Below are positions 42,118 through 50,974 of a stretch of 64,000 nt of DNA, piece by piece (within the stretch, counting starts at the first letter, position 1; each line of letters starts with the position of its first letter). Both the position numbers and the translations under genes were made by a program. The DNA is taken from NCBI GenBank assembly GCA_041659065.1, contig JBAZYY010000006.1, positions 1,551 to 65,550 of the forward strand, written 5' to 3'. Source of the stretch: Parcubacteria group bacterium. Lineage in GTDB: Bacteria; Patescibacteriota; Minisyncoccia; Moranbacterales; UBA11712. A model generated the notes under the pieces. That model was given only the letters and a program-made list of their open reading frames with translations. It did no database searches and had not been told where the DNA came from.

Positions 42118-42195
42118 CGGGCCTGCGACCGTTTGCTTAAGAGGCAACTGCTCTACCAATTGAGCTATGGGTGCGTCATTACTTTGCTTTGCAGG

Positions 42196-42267
42196 TGTCC
42201 CCGCGAGGAATCGGACCTCGATCTAGAGCTTAGAAGGCTCCCGTTCTATCCGTTGAACTACAGGGAC
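42196..42267 (-). tRNA. tRNA-Arg(UCU)
   Basis: GTCCCTG/CGGGGAC acceptor and GGAGC-CTTCTAA-GCTCT arm; T-loop reads TCCGATT. Confidence 0.9.
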
Positions 42268-42309
42268 AGTATGTATAAATCAGGCATACCATAAAAATAA
42301 CACTTGCTG

Positions 42310-42338
42310 ATTATAAGTGATTATTGAGCTCAAGTCAA
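42310..42338 (-). promoter_or_regulatory. sigma70 promoter of tRNA operon
   Basis: TTGACT-N17-TATAAT on the minus strand. Confidence 0.75.
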
Positions 42339-42343
42339 CGAGT

Positions 42344-43645
42344 CTATAATCCATTTGCCTTTTTATACTCCTTCCACTCCTTGTTTGACCAATCCGTGGG
42401 CTTTTCGGTTATTTTTTCCTGCCCGGGATGCGGATATTTGCTGGGCGAGTCATAATTACTTTTAAATTCCGATTTCCTAACCAAATTTCCATCTTTGTCA
42501 TAGACTTCTTGGGTGACGACAGTTTTCATTGCGCCATCTGCCCCGCGCGATGTTACAAACGGGCCAACCAGCTTAGCTTGGCGCCCGTCACTGGTTCCAT
42601 AAAAATCAAAAAGCAGCTGGGTTCCCTCTATTCGCGTTTGGACAAGAATATATGCCGGTGTATCATTAACGAACTTTAAATCCGGCTTTGGAATGTAAAC
42701 TGTGGCATCAAGCCCCTGCGGAGCGTAGTACTGAACCGGATAGGCGTGGTTGGTCCTGGCTGTAATTTTAAGTCCTGAGTTGAGAGCGGCGCGAAACATT
42801 GTAGTCGAAACCTGACACATTCCTCCGCCGTATTCGGGAATTGTCTTATCAACTTTGATAACGAGCTCCGGAAGATAGCCGGTCGTTTCATCAACCGGCC
42901 CCAGAGTATTTATGAAAGAAAATTCTTCACCAGGTTTGATTAGGACTCCGTTAAATTTTGCTGCTCCGACGGTTATGTTGTGGATTCGGTTTTTAGGCGA
43001 GCCCCGAAAATTAGAAACACCTTCTCCGATAAGTTCCCTGATCCCATATTTCTCAATATCTTTTAAGGTTATATCGGGCTGCAGAGATACGCTTGGCAGT
43101 TCGATATTTTTCGCGGACGGGTTTTCCTGAAGTGTTTTGGCGATTAAAGCCACGCTATCGTCAACTGATAATTCATAACCTTCTTTACTGATGCCGAAAG
43201 CGGAAACTTTTCCATCCGCAAAAGATAATTTGGCGTTATCCGGGCTGACCCGAGTATCTCCTTTTTCTTTTTCAAGGAAATTTTTTAAAGCGGTTTCATC
43301 CAGCACCAGGCTTGTGGAAATTCTAGTATGAAAATCATCCTGTTTGCGCCCAAGAAACCTAAAATATATTCCAGTTGAGGCATTATCCGCCGGATTGAAG
43401 TTTATATTTTCTACTTCCGAATTGTATTTTGGGCTGATTTCAAGAGAAGGTCTTATTTTTATCCAGGACTGTAGCATTGATTTATCCACTGTTATTTTTT
43501 GTTCTTTCAGATGAAGAAGAATCGGCGATCCGAATAATTTTTGCACATCGGCCACGGAGAAATTTCCCAAGGAGGTCTCCTGGGCCTGGCACAAAACTGG
43601 AGCGAACAAAACTATAGCGAAAATAAAAAGGTATTTCTTTGTCAT
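42344..43645 (-). CDS. VanW-family exported protein
   Basis: 'NRIHNI', 'IKPGEEFSF', 'GGGMCQVSTT.FRAAL', 'GLDATV' and 'DLKFVNDT'; signal peptide. Confidence 0.9.
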   Translation of the reverse strand: MTKKYLFIFAIVLFAPVLCQAQETSLGNFSVADVQKLFGSPILLHLKEQKITVDKSMLQSWIKIRPSLEISPKYNSEVENINFNPADNASTGIYFRFLGRKQDDFHTRISTSLVLDETALKNFLEKEKGDTRVSPDNAKLSFADGKVSAFGISKEGYELSVDDSVALIAKTLQENPSAKNIELPSVSLQPDITLKDIEKYGIRELIGEGVSNFRGSPKNRIHNITVGAAKFNGVLIKPGEEFSFINTLGPVDETTGYLPELVIKVDKTIPEYGGGMCQVSTTMFRAALNSGLKITARTNHAYPVQYYAPQGLDATVYIPKPDLKFVNDTPAYILVQTRIEGTQLLFDFYGTSDGRQAKLVGPFVTSRGADGAMKTVVTQEVYDKDGNLVRKSEFKSNYDSPSKYPHPGQEKITEKPTDWSNKEWKEYKKANGL

Positions 43646-43734
43646 TTATCTTAGAATAATTGAAAAATTGGTATTTTACAAGTTATTACACATGAAAATT
43701 GCAATTGGTCCAGGGACTGGCTTGGGGGCGTAAA

Positions 43735-43764
43735 AAAATAACGGGTTTAAAAGCCCGTTATTTT
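43735..43764 (-). terminator. terminator after hsp20
   Basis: AAAATAACGGGTTT-AA-AAGCCCGTTATTTT. Confidence 0.7.
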
Positions 43765-43797
43765 CAATTTCAATAAGTAATATGCCGTGAAAATTCC

Positions 43798-44346
43798 CTA
43801 AAATCCTCTAACTTGAATGCGCTTGGTTTTGGTCGTGTCAGCTTTCGGAAGGCGGATGGTCAGAATTCCATTTTTCATTGAAGCTTCAGCTTTGTCGGCG
43901 ATTACCTCAACCGGAAGTATTACTGATCGTGAGAAGGTTCCCCAATAGCACTCCTGGTAGTAATAATTCTCTGTTTCAACTTTCTCGTCATTTTTTCTGT
44001 CGCCCCGAATAGTCACCATGTCATTGTTGATTGAAACATCCAAGTCTTCCGGTTTCACCCCGGCTATCGTGGACTTTATAACTATATCGTTGTCAGTTTG
44101 ATAAACATCAATGGTCAGTTGACCCTCCGGATCAGAAGACCATCCCTCGTCCTCGGCTGGAGCTTCCTGTGTGTTTGGCTCAACCGTGTAATCCTCATTT
44201 TGCATCGGAGCCTGCGGCTGAATTGTATGGCTCGCGGCAGGAGGGTTCACGGGAGGATAATCATAATAATTTGGCATAGGCCTTTCTTCATCTGACACTT
44301 TTTTGGTGCCAGTCAATCTTTCAAAAAATGATTTTTTTTCTTTCAT
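43798..44346 (-). CDS. Hsp20/alpha-crystallin small heat-shock protein
   Basis: 'DVYQT', 'AGVKPEDLDV', 'GTFSRSVILP' and 'KNGILTIRLPK'. Confidence 0.92.
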   Translation of the reverse strand: MKEKKSFFERLTGTKKVSDEERPMPNYYDYPPVNPPAASHTIQPQAPMQNEDYTVEPNTQEAPAEDEGWSSDPEGQLTIDVYQTDNDIVIKSTIAGVKPEDLDVSINNDMVTIRGDRKNDEKVETENYYYQECYWGTFSRSVILPVEVIADKAEASMKNGILTIRLPKADTTKTKRIQVRGF

Positions 44347-44535
44347 ATTTTTTGGGAAAATTAATATATTTATATTTCCGTAGCTCACGGTGAAGGCTCT
44401 AGTACAATCACAGTATATAATTGATCTTCTATTTAATCAAGTCCGCTTTCTTAAGATAATGCGGGTAAATATCATAGGCAATAAATATAAATTTTACACA
44501 AAAGCAAATTTATTTTCTTATAATTTTATCCCAAA

Positions 44536-45147
44536 TTATTGCCGGAATGCCTTGAAATTAGCGGCCAAGATGATTAAATCGACAGCAAAAACAATTCCAA
44601 AGATTACTTCCACTAGGATGTTTGTGAAATTTCCTTGTTGGATGATTAGAAAATTAAATAACAAGTGGATGAAGATTGTGAGCAGGATGACCCTGATTGA
44701 AAAAAGATATCTCGAAAAAATCGCAGTGGAAATGATTACTCCCATCGTAAAAGCAGTCAGGGCGTGCAGCAGCATAACAAACACTGCCGACAGGAAATCA
44801 TCAGATTTGAAATTTAAAATGCCAGTTGCGTATTGGGGCTGGGAGTACGCAATCAGGATTACCTCCGTGATACCCCAAAATAACCCAAGCAGAAGCGAGG
44901 CCAGCACGAGGCGCAATCCTCTGAGAAAAAATTTGCCTTTTAATATGAAGTAGATAGCCGAGTATTTGAGTATTTCTTCTATCGCCGCTGAAGCAATGAG
45001 GAAAAGGGATAAATTATTATAGAAATTGAAAACCAACTCTTTCTGCCAGAGAATGCCAACGAAAACCGCGAGCGCCTGCTCAATAATCGCCCCAAGAAGG
45101 GCGGTAATGATTCCAAGGAAGGGGATTGTGAAAAAAATGTAAATCAT
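44536..45147 (-). CDS. PrsW-family intramembrane glutamic protease
   Basis: 'AIEEILKY', 'LHALT' and 'IHLLFN' motifs in a multi-TM protein. Confidence 0.75.
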   Translation of the reverse strand: MIYIFFTIPFLGIITALLGAIIEQALAVFVGILWQKELVFNFYNNLSLFLIASAAIEEILKYSAIYFILKGKFFLRGLRLVLASLLLGLFWGITEVILIAYSQPQYATGILNFKSDDFLSAVFVMLLHALTAFTMGVIISTAIFSRYLFSIRVILLTIFIHLLFNFLIIQQGNFTNILVEVIFGIVFAVDLIILAANFKAFRQ

Positions 45148-46268
45148 TAGGATTTCAGACTTAAGCGAGCATCCGCCTCCAGGTTTTTCCAGTTGCTCGC
45201 GAATCTCTTTTTATTTTTCGATAACTCAAAGCGATAGTATCCGGCAACAGCGATCATCGCCGCGTTGTCCAGCGAGTATCCGGTATCCGGCAGAAAATAA
45301 TCCGTTGCGGGCAAGTCTTTTTTTAGGGCTTTTCCAAGTTGCCTGCGCAGTTCCCGGTTTGCTGAAACCCCGCCGCCCAGCAGAATTGCACTAGGCTTGT
45401 ATTTTTTTGCCGCGTCCAGTGTCTTGTGGACTAAGACATCAATTACGGCTTGCTGAAATTCATAGCACAGCGCCGATTTCAATTTTTCGTTTTGCAATAT
45501 TTTCGAATTATCACGAATCGTATAGAGAACAGCCGTCTTAAGCCCGGAAAAGGAAAAATCGTAATTTTTAGAATTTAGCATGGGGCGAGGCAACTGGTAT
45601 TTAGTATTTAGTATTTGGTATTTAGTATTTTTTGAATTTTTAATTTGGGATTTATTTGGAAATTGGAAATTGGAAATTGGAAATTTATCCGCGTAAGCGG
45701 AGACGGCTGGTCCTCCAGGATAGCCTAAGCCTAAAATCTTGGCGACTTTGTCGAAAGCTTCTCCAGCGGCATCATCCATGGTTTGGCCAAGCACTTTATA
45801 TTTCAAGTGGCCCTTCATTAGGATTAATTCCGTGTGTCCACCCGACACTACAAGTGCCAAAATCGGAAATTTAATTTCCGAACTTCTGACTTCGCGAACG
45901 AAATTCGCATAGATGTGTCCTTCAATATGATTGACGCCTACTAGTGGTTTTTTACTGGCGTAGGCTAAAGATTTCGCGGCGTTAGTGCCAATCAAAAGCG
46001 CGGGTATTAGACCTGGCCCTTGCGTTACCGCAATCAAGTCTATTCCTGACAAGCCTTGGCTAAACTGGGAAAAGGCTTTTTTAAGCAGCAGGGGAAGGTT
46101 TTTCAAATGTTCTCTGGCGGCTAGATCGGGAACTACGCCTCCGAAAGGGGCATGCACTCCAATTTGAGAAGAGACGAAGCTCTCAATTACCGAAAATTTT
46201 CCGCGCACTGCCTTGACAATAGCCACAGCAGTATCATCGCAGGATGTTTCAATGGCGAGAATGTTCAT
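45147..46268 (-). CDS. tsaD: tRNA N6-threonylcarbamoyltransferase TsaD with repeat-derived insertion
   Basis: 'ILAIETSCDDT', 'NHIEGH', 'VSGGHT', 'DDAAGEAFDK', 'FSFSGLKT' and 'DNAAMIA'. Confidence 0.96.
   Translation of the reverse strand: MNILAIETSCDDTAVAIVKAVRGKFSVIESFVSSQIGVHAPFGGVVPDLAAREHLKNLPLLLKKAFSQFSQGLSGIDLIAVTQGPGLIPALLIGTNAAKSLAYASKKPLVGVNHIEGHIYANFVREVRSSEIKFPILALVVSGGHTELILMKGHLKYKVLGQTMDDAAGEAFDKVAKILGLGYPGGPAVSAYADKFPISNFQFPNKSQIKNSKNTKYQILNTKYQLPRPMLNSKNYDFSFSGLKTAVLYTIRDNSKILQNEKLKSALCYEFQQAVIDVLVHKTLDAAKKYKPSAILLGGGVSANRELRRQLGKALKKDLPATDYFLPDTGYSLDNAAMIAVAGYYRFELSKNKKRFASNWKNLEADARLSLKS
45595..45683. repeat. heptamer repeats inside tsaD
   Basis: 5 x T(A/G)GTATT (45595-45629) and 4 x TTGGAAA (45656-45683). 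Confidence 0.85.
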
Positions 46269-46360
46269 GATTATTATGTTATACGCTGCTCCGTTTTTTG
46301 GGAAGAGCCAAGCTTCGCATCGCAATCATTTTCTGTTTTCAGCTTCAGACCGTCCAATTT

Positions 46361-47131
46361 TTATGAGTTTGTCTTCTCCCAAAGGAGTTCAAACACGGTT
46401 TTGAGAAGAAGATATATATTTTTATCTTCCACTAGAATCGAAACAAGATTGTCGTCGTCGATAATCTGATAGGATATTTTGTTGTCGTATATTTGAACTG
46501 AAGCTTTGAATATCTCGGATTTCTTTCCGGCGTATTTGATCTCAGTGATCCGGCGGTAGGATTCATCGTCGTCTGGAGGAGTTTCGTCTGGAAGCTTTTC
46601 ACCTATCCGCAATATTTTTTTCTTGATTCCGGCGCGAACGCGGCGGCGCTTGTATTCCTCGTTGATCTCCATGAATTTTTCCTGATCTGCGAGCGCTTCG
46701 CGATTGATGATCATATACACCTCCGTTTTGCTTGTGAGGGTGTCATAGAGGACTTTTTTGAAGCCTTCTTCTCCTTCATAGAATTTCACTCCCGGGCGGT
46801 TGACGGTGAGATTGAAGGCGGAAGTCAGATTGGGCAAAATTTCTTCCAACGTTCCTTTGCTTTGCCGCAGCGTATTTTCCCTTTTCTCAAGCACTTTTTC
46901 GAGTTTTCGGGGGTGAAGAGGCCGAAAACGGGCGATTTCACGCTGTTTTTCCACTTTTTCCACCAGTTCCAAGGCTAAAAGCTCGTCCAAGGCTTTATAT
47001 ATAGCTCCCCGGGGCTGTTTCACGGCCCGAGCGATGCCGGAAGCCTTGTTTTCGCCGTTTTCCAGGAGAAAATCGAAGGTGTTGGCTTGGGTCTTGGTGA
47101 GGCCGATTGAGAGTAGTTGTTTTTGATACAT
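46361..47131 (-). CDS. TrmB-family transcriptional regulator
   Basis: 'IGLTKTQA..FDFLLE.G....IA....PRGAIYKAL', 'PGVKFYEGEEG' and 'IYDNKISY'. Confidence 0.87.
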   Translation of the reverse strand: MYQKQLLSIGLTKTQANTFDFLLENGENKASGIARAVKQPRGAIYKALDELLALELVEKVEKQREIARFRPLHPRKLEKVLEKRENTLRQSKGTLEEILPNLTSAFNLTVNRPGVKFYEGEEGFKKVLYDTLTSKTEVYMIINREALADQEKFMEINEEYKRRRVRAGIKKKILRIGEKLPDETPPDDDESYRRITEIKYAGKKSEIFKASVQIYDNKISYQIIDDDNLVSILVEDKNIYLLLKTVFELLWEKTNS

Positions 47132-47292
47132 AGTGCAAAGCTTAGGGGATTTAAAATTATCTTCCTCAATTCTAGCATTTCTTGAGGAAAGTGTCAATAT
47201 ATAAAATGACATTATAATATGCATTATAAGTACAAATAATGCATATAGTATAGTAAATAAGCAACAAAAACAAAAAAAAGACCAAATAGGTA

Positions 47293-47321
47293 TTGACAAT
47301 CATACCAGATAATGTTATATT
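47293..47321 (+). promoter_or_regulatory. sigma70 promoter with extended -10
   Basis: TTGACA-N17-TATATT with TGn. Confidence 0.65.
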
Positions 47322-47552
47322 TTTTCGTCAAGCTGGAATAACAGCCAAAAATAGCTTGGCCGCCGAAAGCATAGATAGAGATATAATCAGCTTCTTGAAA
47401 ACCGAATATCGCAGCTGGTGAGTCCGCTGATTTGAAAATATCCAAATGTTTTCATACCCGCGGCCTTGCCGTAAAAATAATTCCGCTGAAACCTAGTAAG
47501 CGGGAAAAATTCAGGGGCACCGGTCTCTAAAAGGCTTCATAAAGGAGAACAG

Positions 47553-48305
47553 ATGAAAACTTTTTGTGGAAAAACAGTTCCTAAGCGTGAGCATATGGGT
47601 TTGTATAGCACTGAAATTTATGAGGCTTGCAGGCCCTGGAGTCCTGAAGCTTTGGAAAAGTGGATGAACCCGCCCTCTAACCTCAACTTGGATACGGTTA
47701 AAGTTCATTTTAAGGGTCTTCATGGCCTTCCGGAATGTTTTAGTATCAATGCTGTTGATGCCATCAGTAAGCGAGGATGGCTTGACTTCCACTTCAACAC
47801 CCAAAGAGAATGCCGTCGGTTTTGGTTGAAGCCAGAAAACCAGGAAGCCTGGGAGCGTAAGTTTAAGTTAGGCGAAGGACTCAAAGAGCCTGGCAACTAC
47901 ACTTACCGGCAAAACAATATCGGCATGGAGGAGATGTATTGGAACTGTGGTTGCCATGTCGAGTGGCCCCAGGGCTTCAGCCATCGGATGACCATATATT
48001 TTTGCTCCCATCACTGGGGGCAGAAAAAACTGCCCGGCGTGAATTACCGCCAAGAAGGCGACAAGACCCCGGCAATTAAGGGGACATCGTTGAACTCTAA
48101 GAGAGTTGATGTCGTCTGGGGATGGTGCTTCCCGGGCTATTTCTATAGTAGGATCCCGATCGGGGTACTCACGGACAAAAAATTCAAGCCGCTTGAGTAT
48201 GATTATTTTCAAGATGCTCAAAAGGCGCACCCCTGCTCGGTTCCGGCCCTCGAAATCATGGGCTGGGAGGAAAGAAATTTTCAAGGCATCTCTTCTGTAT
48301 CCTAA
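47553..48305 (+). CDS. hypothetical protein (250 aa, Cys/Trp/His-rich)
   Basis: AAGGAG RBS; 'WNCGCH' and 'FCSHH' motifs; no family recognised. Confidence 0.7.
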   Translation: MKTFCGKTVPKREHMGLYSTEIYEACRPWSPEALEKWMNPPSNLNLDTVKVHFKGLHGLPECFSINAVDAISKRGWLDFHFNTQRECRRFWLKPENQEAWERKFKLGEGLKEPGNYTYRQNNIGMEEMYWNCGCHVEWPQGFSHRMTIYFCSHHWGQKKLPGVNYRQEGDKTPAIKGTSLNSKRVDVVWGWCFPGYFYSRIPIGVLTDKKFKPLEYDYFQDAQKAHPCSVPALEIMGWEERNFQGISSVS

Positions 48306-48369
48306 AAACGTTCAGTAAGTATCGGGGAAAAACTCTGCCAAATCACTTCCAGAATAAAAGGATTAAAAT

Positions 48370-48639
48370 ATGAAAAAAATTACAGTTTTGGGGCCGGGAA
48401 CCCGAGGAAACCATGGGTGCTCGGAAGTTATGGAGCTGGAGGGTGAACTTCGCGCACTCACAGTTGAGGAGCGTAAGCTTCACTATCCTAACACCCACAT
48501 TGCAATCGGCAAGGTAATGAAGGTGGATCACTGCCCATATTGCAGCAGTACGGGCAGCTACTCGACTTTTTCGCCTGAGACCGGCGAAGATGTCGAATAT
48601 ACGGGATGGCTGGAGGATGAAACCACTCTCCAGCTATGA
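48370..48639 (+). CDS. hypothetical protein (89 aa, possible zinc ribbon)
   Basis: AAGGA RBS; 'HGC' and 'CPYC'; terminator follows. Confidence 0.65.
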   Translation: MKKITVLGPGTRGNHGCSEVMELEGELRALTVEERKLHYPNTHIAIGKVMKVDHCPYCSSTGSYSTFSPETGEDVEYTGWLEDETTLQL

Positions 48640-48654
48640 GTAATTTAGCCACAT

Positions 48655-48707
48655 CGGGAGGAATTCGCGCTTGCACCACTTGCGCGAAATCCTCCCTTTT
48701 TTATTTT
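48655..48707 (+). terminator. intrinsic terminator
   Basis: GGGAGGAATTCGCGC...GCGCGAAATCCTCCC followed by a T-run. Confidence 0.75.
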
Positions 48708-48731
48708 GAATTAACACTATATAATTGAAAT

Positions 48732-49877
48732 ATGGAAGGATTCGCGCTGAAACATCAAATTCATCCATGGGAAGACAAAAATTCCATTCCTGAAGCGGAG
48801 GCTGTTTTAATGCAGTTGTTTGCAAATAATCAAAAAGAGATTGAGCGAATGCTTGGTGACGAATATGTATCTAAAACAGATGTTCACGTAATCGACCAAG
48901 ATCTTCAAAATATGCCGATGGAAGACAGAATAAAGATGATAATGCAGCAGGAGCGACAAGCCTCGAATCAGCGCCAAACATATTACGAAAAGAACGCAAA
49001 TATTTTACAAAAACTTGCCGAGACAGGCAGTGAAACAGCATCTGTGTTTGCACTGGAGCAGCTTCGAAAAAACGGAGCGCTTTTTTTCGAGTACCCGCTT
49101 GAATTTTGCGAGATCTTGAAGAAAGGAAATATTGCGAAAAATTTGAGGGCAATATTTGACGATATTTCTTCAGGAGAGATTCCAAAATCGGAGCATATTC
49201 TATATGCGTTTGTGCTCATGGAAATGACTTCTGGGATGAGAGATGTAGTTGATAAAGAAAGAGTGGAAAAGTTAATGACAGATTTTGAAAAAGCCCCGTC
49301 AGAAATATTTTTACTTACTTCGATGCTCAAAGAAGCCAAAGCGGCTGGAGAAAAGATTGATTATGAAGCAGTCAAATATCTCAAATTATATGAAAAGCCG
49401 ATCGGGGAAGATTTGCCGGGCGAGGAGAAGGAGGAAATTCTGGAGATGGCACGGGACACTTATTTCAACGATGTTTATAAAGACAATCCCGAAGCGGCGC
49501 AGAGGGTGATTGACGAGCTGGAAGGGGAGTTATTTGGAATTGACGGTTTGAAAAATCAGCGGACGTATATTTTGAAATACCAGGGACGCGTCATCGCTTT
49601 TTGCCGGTTCAAACCGATTAAGGGAAAGCTGGGTCATTTATACGCTGGGTCGCTCAATGTATGCAAGGACTTGCGAGAGCTGTCGATCGGCGGGTATTTC
49701 GTGCGAGCTACAACCGGAAAAGAAGCAAAAGAATTCGTGCTGGAGGCTGTCACTCGAGAGAATAATGTTGCGAACGAGAGTTATAAAAAATGCGGTTGGG
49801 TGCTTGACGAAGCAAATCCTTTTGAAAAAACCGGTGTGAAATATTTCAATATGGAAATGGACCGGCGAGAAAAGTAG
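48732..49877 (+). CDS. protein with C-terminal GNAT-like domain
   Basis: 'VIAFCRF', 'YAGSLNVCKDLRELSIG' (motif A-like) and 'N.ANESYKKCGW'. Confidence 0.65.
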   Translation: MEGFALKHQIHPWEDKNSIPEAEAVLMQLFANNQKEIERMLGDEYVSKTDVHVIDQDLQNMPMEDRIKMIMQQERQASNQRQTYYEKNANILQKLAETGSETASVFALEQLRKNGALFFEYPLEFCEILKKGNIAKNLRAIFDDISSGEIPKSEHILYAFVLMEMTSGMRDVVDKERVEKLMTDFEKAPSEIFLLTSMLKEAKAAGEKIDYEAVKYLKLYEKPIGEDLPGEEKEEILEMARDTYFNDVYKDNPEAAQRVIDELEGELFGIDGLKNQRTYILKYQGRVIAFCRFKPIKGKLGHLYAGSLNVCKDLRELSIGGYFVRATTGKEAKEFVLEAVTRENNVANESYKKCGWVLDEANPFEKTGVKYFNMEMDRREK

Positions 49878-49919
49878 AAGCGTAAATATTTATTGCGCGT
49901 TTTATACTTCAATGCAAGC

Positions 49920-49946
49920 AAAAAACCCCGCGAATGGGGTTTTTTG
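49920..49946. terminator. bidirectional terminator
   Basis: AAAAAACCCC-GCGAAT-GGGGTTTTTT. Confidence 0.75.
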
Positions 49947-49975
49947 TATTTTTCAATAAGAATCTTCGATCAAGA

Positions 49976-50245
49976 TTACATTACTGCGTCTTTGAGTTTC
50001 TTGAGGACTCGAGCCTTCAGGACAGTTTTGGCAGGAATATCGATTTCCTCGCCAGTCATTGGGTTTCGTCCTTTACGAGCAGCTCTGTGTTTCTTCTCAA
50101 CCTTTACGAGGCCGGGAATTTCAACAGGCTCTTTTTTGACGGCTTGCTTTATGACCTCGGCCATAGTCTCAAGGACCAAAACGACGTCCTTCTTGGCCAG
50201 CTGAGTCTTTTCAACAAGCGCATCTACGAGTTCCTTCTTCTTCAT
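49976..50245 (-). CDS. hup: HU-family DNA-binding protein
   Basis: 'MKKKELV' and 'RAARKGRNPMTGEEIDIPAK'. Confidence 0.92.
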   Translation of the reverse strand: MKKKELVDALVEKTQLAKKDVVLVLETMAEVIKQAVKKEPVEIPGLVKVEKKHRAARKGRNPMTGEEIDIPAKTVLKARVLKKLKDAVM

Positions 50246-50569
50246 GCGTTTTATGTTAAAGTTTATTAACCCCCTTAATTACTACAGAATCATAGCATAT
50301 TCCTGAAAAAAAGGGCAAATGTGTAGAATATCTACTCAATAGTCGGAATCAATCTATCACAAAATTGCAAACGTAGCAGCAGCTTAATATCGAGATATTC
50401 CCTTTATAATAGCCATTATTTTAATTTTAATAATCAGATTATCTTCAGACTCTGGCTTGCGCCAAGGCGTTTGAAGCGTGCATCGCGAAAACGTCAAGAA
50501 ATTCATCTTTTTCCGCCTTAAAGATGAAGGTAGTTTTTTGTCCCTGATTTTGTTTATCCAAAGCTAGAT

Positions 50570-50899
50570 CTATAAATTCCCGTTATCATCCCTATAGCCT
50601 CGATCATTTCGATAGTACCTTGGCCCAACATAAGAAAATATTCGCAGGATTAGGTAGCCTATGAAGGCATATACAATTAACGCCACGAGCGTGGAAAAAT
50701 CAACCACAAATTGCCCCAATCTCAGATCCGGAACAATTTTTGCAAACGGTGTCACCAAGGACGCCGAGGTGGTATAAATCCAAGCTACAAAGGGGGTGGC
50801 TGCGTTCGCAACAAAAAACCTGAATATGAAGCGGAGAAGCAGCAAAAACTCAATAATCCCGAAAACAATATTAACTAATGTGCTTACAATTCCATACAT
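50570..50899 (-). CDS. YggT-family membrane protein
   Basis: 'LLLRFIFR...A..ATPFVAWIY..S..LV.PF' and 'DFSTLVAL.VY'. Confidence 0.75.
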   Translation of the reverse strand: MYGIVSTLVNIVFGIIEFLLLLRFIFRFFVANAATPFVAWIYTTSASLVTPFAKIVPDLRLGQFVVDFSTLVALIVYAFIGYLILRIFSYVGPRYYRNDRGYRDDNGNL

Positions 50900-50974
50900 A
50901 GATTTTATTTAAGCTATATTATAACTCCCTGATTCTCTTGGTTCTGCATCTTTAGGTAGTATAAATGCTTTTGA

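Larger units (their letters stand above)
41956..42174 (-). pseudogene. split tRNA-Lys(CUU) interrupted in the T-loop by a ~147-bp insert
   Basis: 5' part 42174-42118 reads GCACCCATAGCTCAATTGGTAGAGCAGTTGCCTCTTAAGCAAACGGTCGCAGGCCCG; 3' part 41970-41956 reads GCCCTGGCGGGTGCA. Confidence 0.8.

Noticed and set aside
41968-42122. Group I/II intron or archaeal BHB intron in the outer tRNA-Lys
   Set aside because: The insert is too short and mostly tRNA, with no catalytic core, and I cannot form a bulge-helix-bulge at the junctions.
42344-43645. VanW as a vancomycin resistance locus
   Set aside because: VanW domains are widespread, and no vanHAX/vanRS genes are present.
44390-44953. 187-aa plus-strand ORF
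   Set aside because: Antisense shadow of the PrsW-family gene.
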